Sequence record: NC_017972.1
Length of the DNA stretch: 64,000 nt
Reading direction: 5' to 3' (one strand)
Below the pieces are notes generated by a model. That model had not been told where the DNA came from and ran no database searches. It worked only from the letters and a program-made list of their open reading frames with translations. The position numbers and the translations under genes were made by a program. This document shows, piece by piece, positions 45,403 to 53,369 of the stretch. Each line of letters starts with the position of its first letter. The stretch's first letter is position 1.

Positions 45403-45839
45403 AAATCATGCTTGCTGTTGCGTGCGGCCTGTGCAACGTCGAGATTCCAGAGGACGCGTTTTCTTACGTCGAACCGACTAAAGCTAAGCGCGTAAAAGGT
45501 ATCAGTGAGGACGCAGTAAAAAGCCTGCTGGACAACGAGCTGGCGCGTGCGTCTGATGCCACTTCAAAGCAGCAACACGCTGACCACAAAAAGGACGGCG
45601 CGCTGCAAAAGAAAGTGAAGACGGCACAAGATGCAAAGATGAAAAAGCAGCAAAGCTTGCGCGCTATGCAGTCACAGCTGGTTGCCCTCAACGGCAAGCG
45701 CCCAACTGATCCGAAAAAGATTCAGAATTGGACTAAACGCCGCCGCGCTTTAGCCGAAAAGATCACAGAGAAAAGAAACTCTATTCGCCTTTCCGATTCC
45801 CGTGTCGCTGGCATGAGAAAGGAAGTCCGTGAAAACTAA
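45399..45839 (+). CDS. Basic coiled-coil protein (tag MKIMLAVA)
   Basis: ATGA overlap; K/R-rich helical composition. Confidence 0.7.
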   Translation: MKIMLAVACGLCNVEIPEDAFSYVEPTKAKRVKGISEDAVKSLLDNELARASDATSKQQHADHKKDGALQKKVKTAQDAKMKKQQSLRAMQSQLVALNGKRPTDPKKIQNWTKRRRALAEKITEKRNSIRLSDSRVAGMRKEVREN

Positions 45840-45859
45840 CGAATTGGAGACTGTTGCTC

Positions 45860-46333
45860 ATGGCTACAGCGAGAAAACGGCGGAAACCGCCAGTAAAGAA
45901 GACTAAACCAAAAGCCGGTAAGCCTACGGCTGCAAAGAAACGTTCAGGTTCCAAAAAAGCCAAAGTTAGCCCGGTAGCATCACGGGCGCGCAAACTCGGC
46001 TTAGAATCGATGGGGTACGGTCGCTGGGGTAAGTTGGGGCGTATCACGCACCGGACTGTCGGCGGTAAACTGGTCGAAGTAAAAGACAGTAAACACAACC
46101 GTATCAAAACGAAGGAAGGTAAAGACAAAGCAAAAGGTTTGCTGTCTAAGCTGATCCTGCAATCCACGCAAAAACTGGTCAAGATTCGCATGGCGCTGAA
46201 AAAGGCCGAAGGGCGGAATGACATTGAGCAAGTCAAGCATCTGAAAGCGTTGCTTGAAAAGACAAAGAAAGACACGACCAAAGCCCGCGAGCGTGCAGCT
46301 CAAGTGCATGGCCGTACAAGAAAGGCAGCATAA
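45860..46333 (+). CDS. Highly basic, histone-like protein
   Basis: MATARKRRKPPVKKTKPK...; GGAG RBS. Confidence 0.7.
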   Translation: MATARKRRKPPVKKTKPKAGKPTAAKKRSGSKKAKVSPVASRARKLGLESMGYGRWGKLGRITHRTVGGKLVEVKDSKHNRIKTKEGKDKAKGLLSKLILQSTQKLVKIRMALKKAEGRNDIEQVKHLKALLEKTKKDTTKARERAAQVHGRTRKAA

Positions 46334-46373
46334 AAAAAGCCCCCGCATCCACAAAAGGACCGGGGGCTTTTTT
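46332..46373. terminator. Bidirectional intrinsic terminator at the convergence point
   Basis: A7-GCCCCCG...CGGGGGC-T6 between convergent genes. Confidence 0.85.
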
Positions 46374-46375
46374 AT

Positions 46376-46897
46376 TTACATTGCGTATTCCACGATATCG
46401 AACTCTTTGACGCTTGCCAGATCGGTGCGCTGCAAACGATTAACCATAATGTGATTAAACACCGCTGGAGTGACGCGCACGTCGCAGTTGAAATCACCTT
46501 TAACATGCGTGATACGAACCAAGCTTGCTTTCGGCAGTGCCTGCTGAATCAAATTCGCGCCACCGATTACCCACGCAATATCCGATTCAAAACGGCGATG
46601 GCTGCTGTGAATCAAATACTCAGCGATTTTCAACGCAGTATCAAAACTCTCAGCCAGCCAAACGTCGGCGCCTTCCTCCATGTCAATTTGCTTTGGATTA
46701 GAGCTGACAACGATATGCGGGCGACCGGGCAGCGTTTTGCAGCCCAGCGATTCCCACGTTTTACGACCGAGGATAATCGGCTTGCCGTAAGTTGCAGCCT
46801 TGAAATGCTTCAACTCTTCTGGAAAGTGCCACGGCATAGTATTGTCGCGCCCGATACCGCCTGCTTCGTCACACGCAAAAATAATTCCCAGTTTCAT
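46376..46897 (-). CDS. folA: Dihydrofolate reductase
   Basis: GGIGRDNTMPWHFPEELKHFK, ILGRKTWESL, LPGR, WVIGGA. Confidence 0.95.
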   Translation of the reverse strand: MKLGIIFACDEAGGIGRDNTMPWHFPEELKHFKAATYGKPIILGRKTWESLGCKTLPGRPHIVVSSNPKQIDMEEGADVWLAESFDTALKIAEYLIHSSHRRFESDIAWVIGGANLIQQALPKASLVRITHVKGDFNCDVRVTPAVFNHIMVNRLQRTDLASVKEFDIVEYAM

Positions 46898-47175
46898 AGC
46901 AATTCCATGTTGATATGACAGACCAGAACGTCGCCAGCGTATTGACTGGCGGGCTTGCGCACGCGCACATAAACCATGCCGGATTTCAGCGGGGCACTGA
47001 CTTTCGGTTTCGTGAAATTGGAAGAAACTTCACGCTTGAAAGCTGCAATGCCTTTCTCGCTGCCACTGACTTCGACAGTGTACACCTTGGGCGCATTGCA
47101 GAACTCGGTAAGCATGGTGATTAGTGCGTCACGCGCCTTTTCTTTGGCGTTGGGCGCGTATTCAATTCCACTCAT
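46894..47175 (-). CDS. Hypothetical protein (93 aa)
   Basis: Coupled ORF in the minus-strand operon. Confidence 0.65.
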   Translation of the reverse strand: MSGIEYAPNAKEKARDALITMLTEFCNAPKVYTVEVSGSEKGIAAFKREVSSNFTKPKVSAPLKSGMVYVRVRKPASQYAGDVLVCHINMELL

Positions 47176-47471
47176 TTTTTCGCTTTCCGTTTCGGCACGT
47201 CAATGTAGGAAGTTTCCCAGTAGCCACTGATTCGATTGTAACCAGCAGGCACGCCGTCATCCAGCACAATGCGATTTTCCAAAGTGTCAAAACCGAGCAA
47301 GGAATCGTAGAACTTTTTCTTGTCGGCGCTGACGTGTGGCGCGCAGTTGGTAATGATGATTTCCCTAACATCAGGGTCGTCGTGCGATACCAGCAAACCC
47401 TTACTCAACCACTCCGAAAAACCAAAAGGCAATGCGCGCTTTGTTTTGTCGCAGAGTAGGAAAAGTTTCAC
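47172..47471 (-). CDS. Hypothetical protein (99 aa)
   Basis: Coupled ORF in the minus-strand operon. Confidence 0.65.
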   Translation of the reverse strand: MKLFLLCDKTKRALPFGFSEWLSKGLLVSHDDPDVREIIITNCAPHVSADKKKFYDSLLGFDTLENRIVLDDGVPAGYNRISGYWETSYIDVPKRKAKK

Positions 47472-47800
47472 TTGTAGCGCTCCAGAATTTCGTAACCGCG
47501 AATGGACATGGCAGTAATCACACGAACCGGGGCACCAGACTTGAAATCCAGACGCGGCGAGAACATGGGCAGGCCGTTGAAATAGCCGAGGTGGCCGGGC
47601 GCTTTGGAATCAGCCACAAAGTAAACGTGATCTTTCATTTCCTTCAACATACCGTTGGTGTCGGAAACCACGATAGCCTTGGCGCCCTTGAACAGCTCTT
47701 CCCACTTTTCAGCGGACGGCATTTTGTGAACTTGTGTCCACGCGTTGGTGTGCTGGTAAATCAGGTCGGAAACAACGTTTGCGTCGAGTGCATTTTGCAT
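47468..47800 (-). CDS. Hypothetical protein (110 aa)
   Basis: Coupled ORF in the minus-strand operon. Confidence 0.65.
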   Translation of the reverse strand: MQNALDANVVSDLIYQHTNAWTQVHKMPSAEKWEELFKGAKAIVVSDTNGMLKEMKDHVYFVADSKAPGHLGYFNGLPMFSPRLDFKSGAPVRVITAMSIRGYEILERYK

Positions 47801-47830
47801 GGTAATTACTCCGTTTGGTCAGTGTTGCGT

Positions 47831-48550
47831 TTAGTGTTTTGGTGCAATCCAGATTTCGCGGTGGAATGCGATTGGTTCGTCGGATTTACACAGCGCCGGA
47901 TGCAGACGGGAATCTGTGTATATCTCTACTTTACCATTTACAGTATTAAGCGTGCCGACGTAACCATTCATACTGCGCTCAGGAACGGCCTCGAAAGTAA
48001 ACATGCGACGTTCGACTTCACCGCTTACCAGTTTGGCGTCAAGGTCAGCAATAAAATCGGTGATATATTCACACGGAATGCTGATCGCTTTGACCAGCGT
48101 GAGATACGGCATCATGCCAGCCATCAGGCCATCGTAGGTCAGCGTTGCAGGCGACCACGTATAAGCGCGTTTTTCTTTCATGCCAAGGTATGGGCAACGC
48201 GACAATTCCAATTCGCGGACGTAAGCGCCTGTGAATTGACCGAACAGAACCGGGGCGCCTACTGGGTATTTGTCGGCAGAATAAATATCCGAGAAAATGT
48301 CAGTTCCCAAGTAGGTAGCCATGTAGCCGCCCGCTGTGTTTTCTGGCGTCATTTCTGCAAACTGGAAACCGTGGAATTGCCCAGCCCATTTTGCGACTAA
48401 GCCCCACTGGGTATCCGGCACCAGAACGTAGGCGGCATCGGGCGCCATGAGCCGGAATTGTTCCATAGCTTCAACGGAATCGTTCAGGAATAACGTTTTC
48501 CCGTCACGCGGCAAATCGCGGAAATTGAAACGGTCCTCAATCCTTTTCAT
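47831..48550 (-). CDS. Hypothetical protein (239 aa)
   Basis: ORF in the minus-strand operon. Confidence 0.7.
   Translation of the reverse strand: MKRIEDRFNFRDLPRDGKTLFLNDSVEAMEQFRLMAPDAAYVLVPDTQWGLVAKWAGQFHGFQFAEMTPENTAGGYMATYLGTDIFSDIYSADKYPVGAPVLFGQFTGAYVRELELSRCPYLGMKEKRAYTWSPATLTYDGLMAGMMPYLTLVKAISIPCEYITDFIADLDAKLVSGEVERRMFTFEAVPERSMNGYVGTLNTVNGKVEIYTDSRLHPALCKSDEPIAFHREIWIAPKH
47935..47947 (-). promoter_or_regulatory. AAWACTGTAAATR motif copy 6 (inside a CDS)
   Basis: The minus strand reads AATACTGTAAATG, about 135 nt upstream of the gene starting at 47800. Confidence 0.45.
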
Positions 48551-49002
48551 TGCTCCACCTTCACCAGAACTTCTGCCGCGTAAACGCCGGTAGTCATGGG
48601 GCCTACCAGCCCGCCGTTATCCGGGTGCGAATCGTAGGTTTCGCCGTTGTAGTAAATAACCGAATGATTTGTGCCGCGAACCGAGGTGCCAGAAAGCATG
48701 ATCGGAACGTCGATTTGAAAACTGAGATATTCCTTCACCACATCCCAGTCACCGACCAGCGTAACGCTAAACAAAACGTAGCCTTGCTCTTTCAGATAGG
48801 CACGCATCCGGTTAATGCAGGCGGCACCTTCAACGTCGGAATATTCCGGCTTGAAAGTCAGGCCTTCCGCAAAGTGCGGAACTTCCTCGACCGTTGGTTT
48901 GCATAGCAGGCTGGCTACCACGGTGCGCATACAATCGCCGTTCTGGTGCGGCGGGTTATGTTTGATAGTTTGTTTGTGGTGAATAAACGGCAGATTTTCC
49001 AT
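48547..49002 (-). CDS. Hypothetical protein with a Cys-His-Asp (papain/C39-like) arrangement
   Basis: QNGDCMRTVVASLL...NHSVIY...YDSHP. Confidence 0.45.
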   Translation of the reverse strand: MENLPFIHHKQTIKHNPPHQNGDCMRTVVASLLCKPTVEEVPHFAEGLTFKPEYSDVEGAACINRMRAYLKEQGYVLFSVTLVGDWDVVKEYLSFQIDVPIMLSGTSVRGTNHSVIYYNGETYDSHPDNGGLVGPMTTGVYAAEVLVKVEQ

Positions 49003-49010
49003 GTCAGTTC

Positions 49011-49439
49011 TCACAAGAAATAGTCGGACAAACGCGCTTGGGATTGCGCCATGCACATGCTGATATCGGCAGGGTCTTGCTCGCAGGACTCCAAATATTC
49101 ATCCCACTTCCACCACATGTTATCTACAAACGCTTTCGGACTGCCACGATCCACATAGCGTTTGTTGTAGTCGAATTTCAGGTCGCGCTTCGGGTAGAAA
49201 AGTGCGTATTTCATTCCGGCATCTTGCAGCGCTTTACGCAGCTGCGGCCACGTCGGCACCAGCACAGTAACGCCGGGGATTTTCAATGCTTCGCGGATTT
49301 GCTCCAGATACGGTCCCATGTCGCTTTTGTATTCGGGAAAATCCACGTCCACAAACGCGTAGCTTTGCTGGGCCAGCATGGATTTGCCGGTGCCCGGAAA
49401 TGCGCTAACGATCCGTGTATCGAGCGGCAGCTTTGACAT
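49011..49439 (-). CDS. Small P-loop kinase-like protein
   Basis: IVSAFPGTGKS followed by VDVD. Confidence 0.65.
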   Translation of the reverse strand: MSKLPLDTRIVSAFPGTGKSMLAQQSYAFVDVDFPEYKSDMGPYLEQIREALKIPGVTVLVPTWPQLRKALQDAGMKYALFYPKRDLKFDYNKRYVDRGSPKAFVDNMWWKWDEYLESCEQDPADISMCMAQSQARLSDYFL

Positions 49440-49440
49440 T

Positions 49441-49851
49441 TTATTTTCCAGTGATCGCATCGTTGAGTTTGATTTCTTCGCCGTCCGCCATTTTGCGGCT
49501 GAACAGTTCCATAGTGTAGCCAACGGTGCCGAACAAATCGGTGCCTGCATATTCCTCGGTATCGCGCACGAATTTATGCGCTTCGTCCTGCACCTCCTCC
49601 CACCAGAACAACCAGCAGCCAGTGGTCCCGGCGTCGATCATGTCGCTGATCTTTTGCAAGGTTTCGCGGGTGTGGTAAGCCTTCGGGTTATTGTGGCCGA
49701 GAATCTTTGCATCGAAATTCACATACGTGTTGAATTCCGGCAGGAAGTTGAAACCGGTATTGGTAAGCCAGCCGTGCTCATTTTCCAGCACTTCCAGCCA
49801 CGAGAAAATGTCACCTTCAAACTGCGAAAAATTCGGTACTTTCGGTTCCAT
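49441..49851 (-). CDS. Hypothetical protein (136 aa)
   Basis: ORF immediately downstream of thyA. Confidence 0.65.
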   Translation of the reverse strand: MEPKVPNFSQFEGDIFSWLEVLENEHGWLTNTGFNFLPEFNTYVNFDAKILGHNNPKAYHTRETLQKISDMIDAGTTGCWLFWWEEVQDEAHKFVRDTEEYAGTDLFGTVGYTMELFSRKMADGEEIKLNDAITGK

Positions 49852-49853
49852 TA

Positions 49854-51134
49854 TTAGTTACCTGCGATAGGGGCTTTGATGGTTTCGTAAGATTCGTAGC
49901 CAACCAGATTAACGTCTTCCAGCTGGATATCCAGAATCGAGTTAACCGGACCGCTTTTGATTTCCAGTTTCGGCGATTTGTAGATGATCGGGCGGCTCAG
50001 CTGTTCGCGTACCTGCTCGACGTGGTTGGAATAAATGTGCGCATCGCCGATGGTAATGTGCATATTGCGAGCCTGCAAATCGTGTGCGTGGGCCAGCATT
50101 TCGGTAAGCATTGCGTACTGGGCAACGTTGAACGGCGCGCCCAAGAACATGTCATTGGAACGCATGTACAGCTTGCAATCCAAATAGTATTTTCCGTTCC
50201 CGTTTTTGTTGCTGCTAACGTACCACTGCGCCAGCGTATGGCAGGGCGGCAAACTCATTTCATCCAGCTGCGCAACGTTCCAGCCGGTCAGGATAATGCG
50301 ACGGCCCGCGCTGTGTTTTTCGATTTCGCCATTGTGGAAACGGATTTCGTTTTTGATCGCCTCTTCGACCGCTGCAATCTGGTCAACTTTGCGGCCAATG
50401 GCGATTTCCCAACCGTTAAACATTTTGCCGATAACGGAGTAACCTTTTGCAGCCCAGCCGTCTGGATCGGCACGCCAATCAGCGCTGTCGATAATACGTA
50501 TATCGTCCCATTCGCGCCACTGTTTCCCGTAGATCGGGCCAAGGTCGCCGCCGCTCAGTGCGCGTTCTGGAATGCCCCAGTTATTTAGCTGCAAATCCAG
50601 CTGTGCCCATTGCTCTTCGGTCGCTTTGTCCGTATCCAGAATGAAACCCACACCGGCCTCGATATTTTCAGGCAGCGCGTTTTCATTAACCGTAGACGGC
50701 ACGCCGATATCCCGCAGGAACTGTCGAGCTTTCATGCGTTGGCCGGACGTGCCCAAAAGCATACGCTCTTTTGCGTGCAGTTTTCTGCCTTCGTAAACTT
50801 CGGTGCCCGGTTTTACGTTCTGGTCCCAAATGTTTACGTTGATATCCTTCAACGTTTTCAGATCAGATTTGCCTTCCAGCATCCACTTAATCGTTTCCTT
50901 TTTCATGGTAACGAAGCGCAGAATTTTGGCAGTGATCGCCGGGAAGCCGTCGCGCAAATCCAGCGAGTAATTGACCGAACCGAACACGCTAATGGTTCCA
51001 GTTTTGGTGCGGTCATTGCGCACTTCGCCATGATCCAGAATGTGCTTGAGCACGCCCCGGAATTCAAAATCAAACGTGTTGTCTTCGTAGAAAACACGGT
51101 CCTCTGACGAACGAACCAAACCTGCGTAGAACAT
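49854..51134 (-). CDS. thyA: Thymidylate synthase with large insertions
   Basis: RNDRTKTGT, GDLGPIYG, SLPPCH, YMRSNDMFLGAPFNVAQY, IGDAHIYSNH. Confidence 0.95.
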   Translation of the reverse strand: MFYAGLVRSSEDRVFYEDNTFDFEFRGVLKHILDHGEVRNDRTKTGTISVFGSVNYSLDLRDGFPAITAKILRFVTMKKETIKWMLEGKSDLKTLKDINVNIWDQNVKPGTEVYEGRKLHAKERMLLGTSGQRMKARQFLRDIGVPSTVNENALPENIEAGVGFILDTDKATEEQWAQLDLQLNNWGIPERALSGGDLGPIYGKQWREWDDIRIIDSADWRADPDGWAAKGYSVIGKMFNGWEIAIGRKVDQIAAVEEAIKNEIRFHNGEIEKHSAGRRIILTGWNVAQLDEMSLPPCHTLAQWYVSSNKNGNGKYYLDCKLYMRSNDMFLGAPFNVAQYAMLTEMLAHAHDLQARNMHITIGDAHIYSNHVEQVREQLSRPIIYKSPKLEIKSGPVNSILDIQLEDVNLVGYESYETIKAPIAGN

Positions 51135-51203
51135 GTTAATGCCTCATTTACGTGGATTAAACAGGATAAATCACTGCATTGGTTAATTTATCGGTATATC
51201 ACA

Positions 51204-51216
51204 TATTTACAGTATT
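51204..51216 (-). promoter_or_regulatory. AAWACTGTAAATR motif copy 7
   Basis: The minus strand reads AATACTGTAAATA, in the divergent intergenic region 70 nt upstream of thyA. Confidence 0.65.
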
Positions 51217-51228
51217 GGAGTGCCTGCG

Positions 51229-51522
51229 ATGGGTATGCCCAACATTCGACTAAAGATCGACAAATCCACTGGTCACGGCTGTTTCCCGCCGTCGCTGCCG
51301 GTCGCTGCGTCGATGAACGTTTTCTGCAATGGAATTCCAGAGGTGCGGGTAGGCGATGCGTACATGACGCACTGTTGCCCGTCGAAAGGTTGCCACCAAG
51401 GCACAGCATTAACCGGTGCCACAAAAACATTCACAAATGGCCGACTTGTTCACACTGCTGGCGGCGCAATTGACTGCGGCGACGTGGCGTCCAATGGTAG
51501 CCCAAACGTCTTTTCGGGGTAA
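51229..51522 (+). CDS. PAAR-like spike tip protein (gp5.4-like)
   Basis: TGHGCFPP...VFCNG...RVGD..THC...GSPNVF. Confidence 0.88.
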   Translation: MGMPNIRLKIDKSTGHGCFPPSLPVAASMNVFCNGIPEVRVGDAYMTHCCPSKGCHQGTALTGATKTFTNGRLVHTAGGAIDCGDVASNGSPNVFSG

Positions 51523-51525
51523 CAA

Positions 51526-51915
51526 ATGGTAGAGCGTTCGACGTATCTTTTTTCAGACATTAGCCTAGAGCCAAACCAAACCCAAAGCGCGCTGGTCTAC
51601 GACACCGATGCAATCAATCAAAACCTTTTGATGATTTTCCTGTCGCCTCCGCGTACTGCATGGTTTGATCCCATGATCGGCTCGCTGATCCTCACATTCC
51701 TTTTCGATCCGGTGGATGATTTTCAGGCGGATAAAATTCGCGACGAAATTATGTCGGTACTCCCACGCAATGGCGAAACACGGGTGATCATTACCGGCTG
51801 TGTGGTGGCTCCAATCCCCGACGATCAAATCTACTACGTGAGCATTCAATACGACGTTCCGCAGCTGAATGCCAAGGACGTTGTTTTCAATTTTAACTTG
51901 GGCAGAAACCTATGA
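51526..51915 (+). CDS. Baseplate wedge subunit, gp25-like
   Basis: AINQNLLMI...FDPMIGS...LFDPVD...ETRV pattern; position after the PAAR gene. Confidence 0.8.
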   Translation: MVERSTYLFSDISLEPNQTQSALVYDTDAINQNLLMIFLSPPRTAWFDPMIGSLILTFLFDPVDDFQADKIRDEIMSVLPRNGETRVIITGCVVAPIPDDQIYYVSIQYDVPQLNAKDVVFNFNLGRNL

Positions 51916-53369
51916 CGGACCGTTTCGATTTTCCTACTTCCATCACGGACATTGACGAGGCCGTTGGTTTCTTCCGCGAAAAGCTGAAAGAAACCGGTAC
52001 TTGGGATGACATGTTGCCCACCAACGTCGGCGCATTTATCACACGTATTTTTGGTGGTATGTCGGTAAGCCACCAGCATTCGATTTTGATGGGTGCGCGG
52101 AACGCCTATTTCAAAACCGCAAATCGCGATTCGTCGGTTTACGCACTGACTCGCGGCCAAGGCGTTTTCATTGAACGTCGCAATGGCGCCAGCGCAACTG
52201 TGCGTATGCGTAACGGTGCAAATTCCGCTGTTTTTGTTGCGCCTTACCGCCAGCATTTCGTGGACAAAGTTCCGTTCTACAATCCGCAACAATACTACGT
52301 GATCGCCGGGGAAACTCAGGACGTTATCCTTACCCAAGGTCTGGTGAAAACCAAAACGTTCGACCTCGACACAATCACCAATTTGCAGTTGCATGAATTC
52401 CTGCTGGACGAACCGGGCTTTAACGTTAGCAATGATTTGTACGTTTACACCACGGACAAAAACACCGGTAATACCCAGCTTTGGGAAGCCACTGATCGCG
52501 GCATGTTTGAGCACACTGCTGACGACCGTGTTTATTACCACATGACCACGGCTAACGGTGACGCTTCGTTGGTATTTGGAACGGGTGAATACGGCGCACG
52601 CTTGCCTGCCCGTGCAACCATGACCGTTCGTTACGTTGTAAACGAAGGCACGCGTCACAATTCTATGCTGCCGGGTGTGCGTTCGGTCTATTCGGAAAAC
52701 CCACTTATTCAAGGCGAAACGCTGGAAACTACAGCGGGCGGTGCTGATCCAAAAGAGGCGTCTTTTTATCGCCAATATTCTCCCGTGCTTTATCGCTCGC
52801 GGGATAAGTGGATTAGTCAGGAAGAAATCAAAGCGGGCGTGCGTTCTTATCCGGGCGTTGCGGACTGTGCGGTACTGGGCCAGCGTGATATTGCCCCTGA
52901 TGATAAAACGTGGATGAACACAATTCGGATTTGTGTGCTGCCCGTGAATACCGATACTTGGGGCGGTGGCGATATCAACCCGAAGTCGGCCAGCTGGCAA
53001 CAATTCCTGAAATGGCTTATGCCACATTTGCACGGCTCCATAGAAGTGCAGACGTGGAATCCGACCAAGGTATTTATCAAGGTTCACGTTGCCGTTGCGC
53101 TCTTCGAGTGGGCAGCAAACGACAGCGATAAAATTAAACAGACGATCAATGAAAACATCCTAAAGCTTTTCCGCAAACGGCCCGATATTCTCAACCGTCG
53201 CGTGTCCCGTTCGGATATTGAAAAAGCTTGCCGGGTGAATGGCGTAGACTATATCGAAGTGCTTAGCCCGCTTGAGCGTTCAATCGTTTTGAACGACCCG
53301 ACTTCGTATTGTGTGCTGGCAGAAACGCCGCTCATTGATATCACACTTTCGGAACGCGTAGATGAATAA
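51912..53369 (+). CDS. Baseplate wedge subunit, gp6/J-like
   Basis: GDASLVFGTGEYGARLP, TAGGADPKE, YPGVADC; 485 aa, following the gp25-like gene. Confidence 0.78.
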   Translation: MTDRFDFPTSITDIDEAVGFFREKLKETGTWDDMLPTNVGAFITRIFGGMSVSHQHSILMGARNAYFKTANRDSSVYALTRGQGVFIERRNGASATVRMRNGANSAVFVAPYRQHFVDKVPFYNPQQYYVIAGETQDVILTQGLVKTKTFDLDTITNLQLHEFLLDEPGFNVSNDLYVYTTDKNTGNTQLWEATDRGMFEHTADDRVYYHMTTANGDASLVFGTGEYGARLPARATMTVRYVVNEGTRHNSMLPGVRSVYSENPLIQGETLETTAGGADPKEASFYRQYSPVLYRSRDKWISQEEIKAGVRSYPGVADCAVLGQRDIAPDDKTWMNTIRICVLPVNTDTWGGGDINPKSASWQQFLKWLMPHLHGSIEVQTWNPTKVFIKVHVAVALFEWAANDSDKIKQTINENILKLFRKRPDILNRRVSRSDIEKACRVNGVDYIEVLSPLERSIVLNDPTSYCVLAETPLIDITLSERVDE

